Source: Spirochaetales bacterium (GTDB taxonomy: Bacteria > Spirochaetota > Spirochaetia > JABEVK01). From it: a stretch of 64,000 nucleotides of DNA. A model generated the notes under the pieces. The model did not search any database. It was not told where the DNA came from and was given only the letters and a program-made list of their open reading frames with translations. The stretch covers positions 1 to 64,000 of the forward strand of contig JBAXAI010000011.1 of NCBI GenBank assembly GCA_037142615.1, given 5' to 3'. The translations under genes were made by a program, and so were the position numbers. Shown here piece by piece: positions 49,455 through 58,923 of this stretch (position 1 is its first letter; every line of letters begins with the position of its first letter).

Positions 49455-52400
49455 ATCCCCTCCTGTTGATCGCTCTGCCGCTGGGCTGGGCTTTTCTGTA
49501 TCCGCTGATCGCCAAGACGGGCAAATGGGCCTCGGGTCTGTTGTCGGTGGGTGTGATGGTGGTAATGACGGCCAGTTCGGCGGTTTCGCTGGTGGCGCTG
49601 CTGCTCGGCGCTGCCCCGGTGATGATCCAGACCGGTGGCTTTGCGGCCCCGCTCACCATCAACCTGCTGCTCGACACCGAGTCGGCGTGGCTGGTCACCA
49701 TTCTTGGGCTGGCGGGCGCCGGTACGCTGGCGGGCCAGGTGTTCCGCACGCAGTTCGCCTGGAACACCAAGCAAGTCATCCTCTTCTTTGTGCTGATGCT
49801 GGGCGCCTACGGTCTGGTGCTCACCCGCGACCTGTTCAACGTGTTCGTGTTCCTCGAAATCAGCGGCATCGCCGTGTTTGGCCTTTTGAGCACTTCGCGC
49901 GACGGTCGCGTGTTCGAAGCCGGCTTCAAGTACATGGTAGCCGGGGGGCTGAGCTCCACCTTCTTTCTGCTGGGAGTCACCATCCTGTACCTGGCCGGCG
50001 GTACGCTCAACATTGACGGCATGGCCGCCGAAGCCGCCAAGGGAAGCTTCCAAAGCCCGCTTTCGCTGCTGGGGCTGGCCTCGTTGCTGGTTGCCCTGCT
50101 GATCGAGGCAAAGCCTGTGCTCGCCAACGGTTGGGCCATGGACGCCTACGAAGCGGCCGACCCGGGCATCGCCGCGCTCATGTCGGGCGTCGCCGCCACT
50201 GCCGTCGTGGCCGTGCTTGCCAAGATTCTGCCGCTGTACAACGCCATCGGGCCCACCATCGCGGTGGCCTTGATGGTGCTCGGGCTCATCGGCTTCGTGC
50301 TGGGCAACCTGCAGGCCCTCACCCAAAAAAGCCTTCGCCGCACCTTGGGCTACTCGTCGTCGGCGCAAGTGGGGCTCATCGTCGCGCTGTTCGGACTGTT
50401 GAGCACGCCGCTGGCCAACGTGGTCGGCACGCTTCCCATCATTTTTGTGCTGCTGATGAGCCATGCCCTGGCCAAGAGCGGCTTGTTTTGGCTGGCTGAT
50501 CACGTCGGTGACGCCACCGGGACCAAGGATTCGCCCACCCGCTCGCTGCGAAACCGGCCTGTGCTGCTGGTCCTCGCGGCGATCTTCGTGCTGGCTCTCA
50601 TCGGCCTGCCACCCTTCCCGGCTTTCGGTGCCAAGTGGAGCCTGATGGTCAACCTTGCCAATCAGGGCCTGTGGCTGCCCATGGGCCTCATTTTGGTCGG
50701 CAGCCTGCTCGAGGCCGCCTACCTGCTGCGCTGGTTCACTTCGGTGAGCCGAAAAGACAGCGATCCGGGCACGGTCGACGGCCCCCTCCTGCCCGAAGAT
50801 TGGCAGCCCGACCAGTCGGCCCTCGACGTGGCGCCGGTTTCGGCTAACGCCGTGGCCGCGGAGCGCGAAAGCGACCCACCCAGCCGCGCCAACCTGTTGA
50901 TGGCCTTTGTGCCCGCGTTGGCGCTGGTGGGCGGCGGTTTGTTCCTGCTGGGCCAAATGGGCGTTTCACTGCTGGTGTTGCTGCCGGTGGGAGTGCTCGG
51001 AGCCATCGCCCTGCTCGATGTGGCGCGCTTGCCGGTCAAGGTGCAGGTTCCGGTGGCGATCGCCGGCATCGGCGCCCTGGCGTGGTGGGTGCTGCCCGGC
51101 CTGGACTTGCTGCGCCAGATCTTCGGCCTGATGTTCCTCGCCGGTTCGGCCCTGCAAATGGTGGCCCTGATGAACCGCAGGGGCCGGCAACCGGGTGTCG
51201 TCGCTCTGGTGGCGACGCTGGTCGCCGCCCTGACCGGCCTGCTGGTGGCCACAACCAGCCTCGAGTTCTTCGTGTCATGGGAACTCATGACCCTCGCGTC
51301 GTTCTTTTTGGTTCTGCGAGGCCGCCGTGCCAGCGCGGGAGCCTTGTCGTTCATCCTGTTTTCGCTGGGCGGCGCCTTTCTCATCCTGTTTGGCCTGACC
51401 ATCTTGCCCGGGTTGCCGAGCCTGAGCCAGGCTGGAGCGATGCTGATGCAAACCCGTATGGGTGGTCCCCTCGGTCTTGTGGCCGGGCTCGCGCTGGGGC
51501 TGGGCCTGCTCATCAAGGCAGGCGGTTTGGGGCTTCACGTTTGGCTGCCCTCAACCTACGCCGAGGCTGACGACGACATTTCGCCGCTGCTGAGCTCGGT
51601 GCTCAGCAAGGCCGGCGTGCTCGGCCTCTTCTTGGCGGCCGGCTTTTTCGCCCAACCGCTGCTGGCCAACCTCGGTTACCTGCCGGGCGTGCTCGGTGGG
51701 TCCAAGCTCGAAGCCGCGACGCTGGCCGACATTCTGGGCTGGGTCGGGGTGGCCACGGCGGTGGCGGGAGCGCTTTTGGCGCTGTTCCAAGAAGACATCA
51801 AGTACTCGCTGGCCTATTCCTCGATGAGCCAACTGGGCTACATCGTGCTGAGTTTTGCCATGATGACGCACCTGGGCTGGGTCAGCTCGCTGTACTTGTC
51901 GGTGACGCACCTGTTTATCAAGGGGATGATCTTTTTGGCGGTGGCCGGCATCATCCAGCGCACCGGCACACGCTACATGTACCAGATGGGGGGCCTGATC
52001 AAGCGCATGCCGATCAGCTTTGTGTCGGTGCTCATCGGCATTATTGCCCTGTCGGGTGTGCCTCCCCTGGCGGGCTTCGGCGGCAAATGGCTGATGTACA
52101 CCGCCCTGCTCGAAAAAGGCTGGTACCTGCAAGCGGGCCTCGCGATGTTCTCGTCGGCCGTGGCCTTCCTGTATCTGTTCCGCCTCATCCATTCGATGTT
52201 CCTGGGGCAACTCAAAACCCGGCACCGCGAGGTGAAAGAAGCCTCGTTCTGGACCCTGCTGCCGCAGGTGGCGTTCATGCTGCTCATTGTGGGCTTCTCG
52301 ATGTTCCCCACCTACCTCATCCAACCGCTGCAAGCCGCCGTGGAACCCTGGTTCACCTCGACCGTGCATTGGGAAGGGTACACGGTGATTTCGAGCCTCG

Positions 52401-52765
52401 GGTACTGGAACGGCAACTGGGTGATGTACGCCACCATGGGCGTGTTCCTGATTCCGCTGGCATGGCTGATGCTGGCCAAGGGCCGCACCTACTGGGTGAA
52501 GCAGTTCAACATCGTGTTCGCGGCCGAGCGCCCGTACAAGCCCGAAACCACGCATTACGCGTACAACTTCTACGGCCATTACCAAAAGGCTCTCGGCTTT
52601 TTGGCCAAGCCCTTCGTGCGTAATTTCTGGACGCGCGTCGGTAGTGTTGTCCACACGCTTTCGGACGGTTTGCGGCGCTGGAACACCGGCAACGCCCAAG
52701 GCTACGCCCTTCAGGTTTTCGCTTACCTCATCCTCGTCTACCTCGTCTTGAAGGGAGGGTTCTGA
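49448..52765 (+). CDS. fused double antiporter-like subunit (MbxH+MbxH'-like)
   Basis: Two MrpD/NuoM-like repeats: DLFNVFVFLE...LGYSSSAQ and EFFVSWELMT...HVWLP...LAYSSMSQLGY. Confidence 0.88.
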   Translation: MVNPLLLIALPLGWAFLYPLIAKTGKWASGLLSVGVMVVMTASSAVSLVALLLGAAPVMIQTGGFAAPLTINLLLDTESAWLVTILGLAGAGTLAGQVFRTQFAWNTKQVILFFVLMLGAYGLVLTRDLFNVFVFLEISGIAVFGLLSTSRDGRVFEAGFKYMVAGGLSSTFFLLGVTILYLAGGTLNIDGMAAEAAKGSFQSPLSLLGLASLLVALLIEAKPVLANGWAMDAYEAADPGIAALMSGVAATAVVAVLAKILPLYNAIGPTIAVALMVLGLIGFVLGNLQALTQKSLRRTLGYSSSAQVGLIVALFGLLSTPLANVVGTLPIIFVLLMSHALAKSGLFWLADHVGDATGTKDSPTRSLRNRPVLLVLAAIFVLALIGLPPFPAFGAKWSLMVNLANQGLWLPMGLILVGSLLEAAYLLRWFTSVSRKDSDPGTVDGPLLPEDWQPDQSALDVAPVSANAVAAERESDPPSRANLLMAFVPALALVGGGLFLLGQMGVSLLVLLPVGVLGAIALLDVARLPVKVQVPVAIAGIGALAWWVLPGLDLLRQIFGLMFLAGSALQMVALMNRRGRQPGVVALVATLVAALTGLLVATTSLEFFVSWELMTLASFFLVLRGRRASAGALSFILFSLGGAFLILFGLTILPGLPSLSQAGAMLMQTRMGGPLGLVAGLALGLGLLIKAGGLGLHVWLPSTYAEADDDISPLLSSVLSKAGVLGLFLAAGFFAQPLLANLGYLPGVLGGSKLEAATLADILGWVGVATAVAGALLALFQEDIKYSLAYSSMSQLGYIVLSFAMMTHLGWVSSLYLSVTHLFIKGMIFLAVAGIIQRTGTRYMYQMGGLIKRMPISFVSVLIGIIALSGVPPLAGFGGKWLMYTALLEKGWYLQAGLAMFSSAVAFLYLFRLIHSMFLGQLKTRHREVKEASFWTLLPQVAFMLLIVGFSMFPTYLIQPLQAAVEPWFTSTVHWEGYTVISSLGYWNGNWVMYATMGVFLIPLAWLMLAKGRTYWVKQFNIVFAAERPYKPETTHYAYNFYGHYQKALGFLAKPFVRNFWTRVGSVVHTLSDGLRRWNTGNAQGYALQVFAYLILVYLVLKGGF

Positions 52766-52767
52766 TC

Positions 52768-53697
52768 GTGACTGACATCCTGATCAAAGCCGGCTTTCTG
52801 TTCATTTCGCTCATGGTGATCTTGAACTACTCGCTGGTGCTCATCGGCACGATGGCGCGCATCCGGGCCAAGGTGCAGGGTCGCATCGGCCAGCCCTTTT
52901 ACCAGCCCTACATCGACATCATCAAGTCAAACGCCAAGCGCACCACCATCTCGCACGGCGTGATGTTCTACCTCGGACCGGTGTTCCGGTTGGCGGGCGG
53001 CCTGGGCACCTACATGTTCATTCCGGCCATTTACGGTTCGGTGATCTTCTCGAACCTGGCGTTTTCGGGCGACCTGCTGCTGGTGATGTACTTCATCTTT
53101 TTCGGTCAGCTCGGCATGGCGCTGGGCGCCGGCGAAAGTGGGCACCCCCACTCGCCGCTGGGGGTGGCGCGCGGCTTGGCTCAGATGACAGCCTTCGAAC
53201 TGCCCTTCGCGCTGGCCGTGATTTCGATCGCGGCGCAGTTCCATACGCTGTCGATCACTGAAATCGTGGCGCAGCAGCAGGGGGGCTGGCAGCACTGGGT
53301 GGCGTTCACCAACCCGCTGGCCATGGCGGCCGGCATGCTGGCCTTTTTGGGCATGAGCATGAACAACCCGTTCTCGGTGGTCATCGCGCCGCAAGAGATT
53401 CCCATCGGACCGCCCACCGAGTATCAGGGCAGCTTTTTGGGCATGTTGCAGACCAACCGGGCCATCTTTAACGGTGCCAAGATGGTGCTGTTCATGAACC
53501 TGTTCTGGGGCGGCGCCGCGCACGAAATCCTGCTGGTCGCCATCCTCATCATGGTGCTCAAGACCTTCTTGATTTACCTGTACGTGACCATCGTGGGAGC
53601 CAGTTTTCCGCGCTTCCGCACCGAACAGTCGATCCGCTTCTTCCTCGGGGTTCCCACCCTGCTGGGCTTGGCGGCCGTGATCCTTCAGATGCTGTAA
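52768..53697 (+). CDS. NuoH-like subunit (MbxM)
   Basis: QGRIGQPFYQPYIDIIK, APQEI..GPPTEY, PRFRTEQ. Confidence 0.9.
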   Translation: MTDILIKAGFLFISLMVILNYSLVLIGTMARIRAKVQGRIGQPFYQPYIDIIKSNAKRTTISHGVMFYLGPVFRLAGGLGTYMFIPAIYGSVIFSNLAFSGDLLLVMYFIFFGQLGMALGAGESGHPHSPLGVARGLAQMTAFELPFALAVISIAAQFHTLSITEIVAQQQGGWQHWVAFTNPLAMAAGMLAFLGMSMNNPFSVVIAPQEIPIGPPTEYQGSFLGMLQTNRAIFNGAKMVLFMNLFWGGAAHEILLVAILIMVLKTFLIYLYVTIVGASFPRFRTEQSIRFFLGVPTLLGLAAVILQML

Positions 53698-53709
53698 AGG
53701 GAGTACCCG

Positions 53710-54465
53710 ATGAGCGACGAACTGAACAAAACAAGCGAATGGGGCGAGCTCGGCGCTCCGGCCGGAACCCCGGTCCGGAATCCTGATCCGCGCACCATCC
53801 CGGGCTCGCCCGAAGCCGACGAGTACTCGGTCGGTCAGCTGCGCATTCTGACCAAGGAACTGACCCTGGCCAACGAAGGCCTGGCCGACGAGGACAAGTA
53901 CCTGTACTGCGACCAGGCGCCTGACGTGATCAAGCCCTTCCGGGGTTTCTGGGAAGACTTTCTGAACTGGGCGCGCGCCGAGAGCCTGTGGATTCTGGGC
54001 TTTGGCACCGGTTGTGGCGCCATCGAGTTGCGCCCCTTGATGACCAGCCGGTTCGACATGTACCGCTTCGGCATTCAGCCCCGGCCCACCCCGCGCCAAT
54101 CGTCGGTGTTCGTCATCGGCGGCTACGCTTCGGTGAAGACCGTGAAGCGCATCGTGCGCAGCTACGAGCAGATGCAGGGACCCAAGTTCGTGGTCGCGCT
54201 GGGCAGCTGCACCATCAACGGCGGCATGTACTGGGACAGCTACAACACCATCAACCGGATCGACCACTACATTCCCGTCGACATTTACATCGCCGGTTGC
54301 ATGCCGCGCCCCGAAGCGCTTCTGGCCGGCTTCAAGAAACTCAAAGAGATGATCAAGGACGGGCAGTGCGAGGGTGCCAACCGCTACGCCGAGCACTTTG
54401 AGTGGTACAAGGGCAACCAGAAGCGCGTCATCAAAGACTGGAACATGCCGGACTACAACTGGTAA
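53710..54465 (+). CDS. NuoB-like Fe-S subunit (MbxJ)
   Basis: GTGCGAIE, PTPRQS, GSCTINGG, IAGCMPRPEA. Confidence 0.92.
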   Translation: MSDELNKTSEWGELGAPAGTPVRNPDPRTIPGSPEADEYSVGQLRILTKELTLANEGLADEDKYLYCDQAPDVIKPFRGFWEDFLNWARAESLWILGFGTGCGAIELRPLMTSRFDMYRFGIQPRPTPRQSSVFVIGGYASVKTVKRIVRSYEQMQGPKFVVALGSCTINGGMYWDSYNTINRIDHYIPVDIYIAGCMPRPEALLAGFKKLKEMIKDGQCEGANRYAEHFEWYKGNQKRVIKDWNMPDYNW

Positions 54466-54476
54466 GGGGAACACAC

Positions 54477-55028
54477 ATGAACGATATGGAAAGGCTTCTG
54501 GAAGAGCTGGCCAGGCGTTTCGGCGCCACCAACCCCCTTCAGGTCAAGATGAACCAGTACTACGTGTCGGTGCCGTCAGCCCAGGCTGTGGCCGCGCTGA
54601 CCCAGCTCAAGACGCTTGAGGGCTTCGGGCACCTCTCGTTTTTCACCTGCGTCGACTACCTGGAAGAAGACCGCTTCGAGCTGCTGTACCTGCTGCACTC
54701 GTACACCCGGGGGACAGACCTCGGCGTGCGTGTGTCGATTCCGCGAACCTTGCCGGTGCAGATGGAAGGCATTCACCACCTGTGGGCCGCCGGCGAAACC
54801 TACCAGCGCGAACTACGCGAAATGTACGGCATCGAGTTTCCAGGCTCGCCCCGGCTCCACGACGACTTCGCGCTCGAAGGCTGGCAGGAAATGCCCCCCA
54901 TGCGCCGCGACTTCGACACCAAGGAATACAGCCTGCGGACCTTTGAGGCGCGGCCCGGGCGCGCGAAGATCGACAACCGTGAGCATATGAAAAAAGAGCT
55001 TTACCCCAGCGAGGCCGAAACATGGTAA
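54477..55028 (+). CDS. NuoC-like subunit (MbxK)
   Basis: YQRELREMYGIEFPG, PPMRRDF. Confidence 0.9.
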   Translation: MNDMERLLEELARRFGATNPLQVKMNQYYVSVPSAQAVAALTQLKTLEGFGHLSFFTCVDYLEEDRFELLYLLHSYTRGTDLGVRVSIPRTLPVQMEGIHHLWAAGETYQRELREMYGIEFPGSPRLHDDFALEGWQEMPPMRRDFDTKEYSLRTFEARPGRAKIDNREHMKKELYPSEAETW

Positions 55029-56257
55029 ACGCCCCCAAAATTTCGCCCAAGGCGGCCCGTGGGGTCGACCTTCGCCGCCGCAACCAGGCCCACATCAACG
55101 ACAACCCGCTGATGCCGCCCATTGTGAACGGCAAGGCGGTGTTCGAGCTCGAGAGCGGCAAGTACCTCAAAACGTGGCAGGGCCCCCAGCACCCCGGCAT
55201 CACCGGCAACATGAGCCTCGAGCTGGTCATCTGCGGCGACGAGATTGTCGAGTGCAAAACCCACGTTGGCTACCTGCACCGCGGGTTCGAAAAGCTCCTG
55301 GAGCGCCGCAAGTACATCCAGTGCTTTCCGGTGGTGTGCCGCATCGCGGTACCCGAGCCCGATTTCAACGAATACCTGTTTGCCGAAACGCTCGAATCGC
55401 TCTCAGGCATACAGATTCCCGAAAAGGCGCAGTGGATCCGCACCATGCAGCTCGAAATGGCGCGGCTGGCGAGCTTTTTCATGTGGTTGGGCGGCCAGGG
55501 TGGCGCCTTCGGCATGGAGACGCAAGGCCAGTGGACGGTCACCATGCGCGACTACCTGCTCGACCGCTTCGAGGAGTTGACTGGTCACCGCATCTACCAC
55601 ATGTACATGTTGCCTGGCGGCGTCCGCTCCGACCTCCCCGAAGGGTTCTTGGGTCGGCTTCGCGACACCCTCGACACTTGCCAGACCACGCTTGACGACG
55701 TGGAACGCACCATGTTTCACAACGCCGTGTTCAAGATGCGGGCCAAGGGCTTGGGCGTGATCAATCCCGCCATCGTCGAAGAGTTTGGCATCACCGGGCC
55801 CAACGCCCGCGCCGCTGGTTTTGCCCGCGACCTGCGCAAGGACGAGCCCTACGGCGTTTACCCGCAACTCGACTTTGCGGTGATCACCCGCACCGATTCC
55901 GACGCCTACGCCCGCGCCGAAGTGCGGCTTGAGGAGATGTACCAGGGCATCAGCCTCTTGCGGCAGATCTGCGACCGCATGCCCAAGGACGGTCCGTTCT
56001 TCACCCCGCTGCCCAACGTGCTGCATTGGCAGGTGCCCAAGGGCTTCATCTACACCAAGGCCGAATGCACCCGGGGCGAGTACGGGTACTACTTGGAGAG
56101 TGATGGCAGCGACAAGCCGCGACGCCTGTACGTTCGGGGCCCGAGCTACACCCACGCTGTGAGCCTGATGGAACACTTGTCGATTGGCTGCAACATTGCC
56201 GATACCGCGGGGCTCATGGTGAGCCTCCACACCTATCCGCCGGAAGTCGAGAGGTAA
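55022..56257 (+). CDS. NuoD-like subunit lacking NiFe ligands (MbxL)
   Basis: GPQHPG, GYLHRGFEK, RIAVPEPD, TRGEYG, C-terminal TYPPEVER. Confidence 0.9.
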   Translation: MVNAPKISPKAARGVDLRRRNQAHINDNPLMPPIVNGKAVFELESGKYLKTWQGPQHPGITGNMSLELVICGDEIVECKTHVGYLHRGFEKLLERRKYIQCFPVVCRIAVPEPDFNEYLFAETLESLSGIQIPEKAQWIRTMQLEMARLASFFMWLGGQGGAFGMETQGQWTVTMRDYLLDRFEELTGHRIYHMYMLPGGVRSDLPEGFLGRLRDTLDTCQTTLDDVERTMFHNAVFKMRAKGLGVINPAIVEEFGITGPNARAAGFARDLRKDEPYGVYPQLDFAVITRTDSDAYARAEVRLEEMYQGISLLRQICDRMPKDGPFFTPLPNVLHWQVPKGFIYTKAECTRGEYGYYLESDGSDKPRRLYVRGPSYTHAVSLMEHLSIGCNIADTAGLMVSLHTYPPEVER

Positions 56258-56260
56258 GTC

Positions 56261-58048
56261 ATGAGCCTGAGAGATATTGTTCAACCCTTTACGGTGTGGA
56301 AGCGTGCCCTCGACAAGCCCTACACCAGCCTTAAACCCCTGGAAGAACGCCCGGGAGCCCCGCGCTACCGGGGGTTCCACATCAACAACACCGCCAAGTG
56401 CATCGGGTGTGGCACCTGCGAAACCATCTGCCAAAACGAGGCCATCGACCTGGTGGCGGTGCTCGGCCAAAAGACCAAGCACGGCGACTCGGGCCTGCGC
56501 CCGCAGATCGACTACGGCCGCTGTTGCTGGTGCGCGCTGTGCGTCGATATGTGCCCCACCTCGAGCCTCGGCATGTCGAACGAGTACGTCTGGATCGAGA
56601 CCGACCCCGAAAAGTACCGGTTCGTGCCTGGGGTCGACGACAAGTCGTGGAACGACTGTGAGCTGGGCTACCGACGTTCCGAGGGTTACGACCTTTTGAC
56701 GGCCAAACGCGTCGAAATGCCCATGCTGCCCTTCGCCGAAAGCCAAAAGAGCTTCGTCGAGATGGTGCAGGGCTACAGCAAAGAGCAGGCCATGAAAGAG
56801 GCCGACCGCTGCATCGAGTGTGGCCTCTGCATCGCCACCTGCCCCGCCCACATGAATGTGCCAGCCTACATCGCGGCCATCCGCAAGGACGAGGTCGAAG
56901 AGGGCCTGCGCATCGTGTACGAGGCCAACCCCCTGCCCGCCAGCTGTGGCCGCATCTGCTCGCACGCCTGCGAATACGTGTGCGCCATGAAGCACCGGGG
57001 CGAGGCGCTGAGCATCCGCTGGCTCAAGCGCTACATCGTCGACCAGATCTACGCCATGGACTACAAAAAGGTGCTCAAGACCGCCGAACCCGACAACGGC
57101 AAGACGATCGCCATCATCGGTTCGGGCCCCGGGGGCCTGGCGGCGGCCTACTACCTGCGCATGCTCGGTTACGGCGTCACCATCTACGACAGCAAAGACA
57201 AAGCCGGCGGCATGTTGCGCTACGGCATCCCCGAATATCGCTTGCCCTACGACCAGATCGACAAGGACATCAACTGGCTCAAGGAGCTCGGCGTCAGCAT
57301 CAACCAGAGCGTGCGCATCGGCCGCGACATCTCGTTTGAGCAGCTGCACCGCGACAACGACGCGCTGTTCTTCTCAACGGGCTTGGGCAAGCCCTTTGGG
57401 CTCGAAATCCCCGGCGACGACCTGCCGGGCGTCAAGGACGGCCTCAAGGTGCTCGAAGACGTCACCAACGGCGTCGACGCCGACCTGGGCGACTCGGTGG
57501 TGGTGGTCGGCGGCGGCAACGTCGCCATGGACGCCGCGCGGACCAGCCGCCGTTTCAATGCCGCCGTGACCATCCTGTACCGTCGCCGCATCGAAGACAT
57601 GCCGGCCGATGTCGAAGAGGTTCACGAAAGCCAGGGCGAGGGCTGCGTCATCCGCGCTCAAGCCATCCCGCTGCGCGTCGAAAAGGGCACCACCAAGCGC
57701 CTGCGCCTCGTGTGGGGCAAGGCCGACATGGTCACCGACGGCAAGGGTGGCCGCCCCGTCCCGGTGCTGATTCCCGGCAGCGAGGAAGTCATCGAGTGCG
57801 ACACCGTGGTCGCCGCTATCGGCCAGGGCGCCGAGTACGAGTTCATTCCGCAAGACATCGCGGCGAAGCTGCAGTTCAACAAGGGCAACGTCGTCGTCAA
57901 CGAGTTCAAACAGACCGGCGACCCCAAAGTGTTCGCGGGTGGCGATATTGTGAATCCGAAGAAAGATGCCATCTCGGGCATCGCCAACGGCCATTCTGCT
58001 GCCAAAGGCATTGACATCTGGCTGACGAACTTCAAGGATAAGGCATGA
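56261..58048 (+). CDS. NuoI-like 2x[4Fe-4S] domain (MbxN) fused to a GltD/NfnB-like flavoprotein
   Basis: RYRGFH, CIGCGTC..C, CCWCALC..CP, then EADRCIEC, CGRIC, GSGPGG, GGGNVAMD. Confidence 0.9.
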   Translation: MSLRDIVQPFTVWKRALDKPYTSLKPLEERPGAPRYRGFHINNTAKCIGCGTCETICQNEAIDLVAVLGQKTKHGDSGLRPQIDYGRCCWCALCVDMCPTSSLGMSNEYVWIETDPEKYRFVPGVDDKSWNDCELGYRRSEGYDLLTAKRVEMPMLPFAESQKSFVEMVQGYSKEQAMKEADRCIECGLCIATCPAHMNVPAYIAAIRKDEVEEGLRIVYEANPLPASCGRICSHACEYVCAMKHRGEALSIRWLKRYIVDQIYAMDYKKVLKTAEPDNGKTIAIIGSGPGGLAAAYYLRMLGYGVTIYDSKDKAGGMLRYGIPEYRLPYDQIDKDINWLKELGVSINQSVRIGRDISFEQLHRDNDALFFSTGLGKPFGLEIPGDDLPGVKDGLKVLEDVTNGVDADLGDSVVVVGGGNVAMDAARTSRRFNAAVTILYRRRIEDMPADVEEVHESQGEGCVIRAQAIPLRVEKGTTKRLRLVWGKADMVTDGKGGRPVPVLIPGSEEVIECDTVVAAIGQGAEYEFIPQDIAAKLQFNKGNVVVNEFKQTGDPKVFAGGDIVNPKKDAISGIANGHSAAKGIDIWLTNFKDKA

Positions 58049-58923
58049 AGCACACCCCACACACCATCACGGGCAAGAGGCAATTGTCTGCCGACGTTTA
58101 CCGGATGACCTTTTTGGCGCCGTACATTGTCGAGGCCCGCAAGGCCGGTCAGTTCATCATCATCCAGATCGACAGCAACTTTGGCGAGCGCATCCCGCTC
58201 ACCATTGCCGACGCCGATCCCGTGGCCGGATCGATCACCATCATCTTCCAGGCTGTGGGCAAAACGACCCTCAACCTGGCGGCCAAAAACGTGGGCGATG
58301 TGCTGGGCAATGTGCTAGGGCCTTTGGGCAAACCCACCGAAGTGCACCGCTATGGCACCGCCGACAAACCGGGCACCGTGGTGTGCGTCGGCGGCGGCAT
58401 CGGCGTGGCTCCCATGCACCCCATCGTGCAGGCTCACCACGCCATCGGCAACAAGGTCGTCACCATCATGGGCGCCCGCAACAAGGATCTTTTGATTCTC
58501 GAAGACGAAATGAAGGCCATCAGCAATGAGCTGATCGTGTGCACCGACGACGGCAGCTATGGCCGCAAAGATCTGGTCACGATTCCCCTCATCGAATGGT
58601 GCAAAACCGGCGAAGTCAGCGAAGTGATCGCGATCGGCCCGCCCATCATGATGAAGTTTGCCGCCGAGGCCACGCGCCCCTTTGGCGTCAAAACCATGGT
58701 GAGCCTGAACACCATCATGGTCGACGGCACCGGCATGTGCGGCGGCTGCCGGGTGAACGTCGGCGGCGAAACCAAGTTTGTGTGCGTGGATGGGCCCGAG
58801 TTCGACGGCCACAAGGTCGATTTTGACAACATGATGATGCGGCTCAAGGCATACAAGGGCCAGGAAAGTGAGGCGGCGCACAAATGTCGTGTTGGGGCAA
58901 CTCCGGCCGGAGCCGCGTCGTGA
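58045..58923 (+). CDS. nfnA: NfnA/SudB-like flavoprotein subunit
   Basis: GERIPLTIAD, GGGIG, MVDGTGMCGGCR, CVDGPEFD. Confidence 0.9.
   Translation: MKHTPHTITGKRQLSADVYRMTFLAPYIVEARKAGQFIIIQIDSNFGERIPLTIADADPVAGSITIIFQAVGKTTLNLAAKNVGDVLGNVLGPLGKPTEVHRYGTADKPGTVVCVGGGIGVAPMHPIVQAHHAIGNKVVTIMGARNKDLLILEDEMKAISNELIVCTDDGSYGRKDLVTIPLIEWCKTGEVSEVIAIGPPIMMKFAAEATRPFGVKTMVSLNTIMVDGTGMCGGCRVNVGGETKFVCVDGPEFDGHKVDFDNMMMRLKAYKGQESEAAHKCRVGATPAGAAS

Noticed and set aside
55022-56257. Group 4 [NiFe]-hydrogenase large subunit
   Set aside because: Both CxxC nickel-binding motifs are absent and no maturation genes are present.
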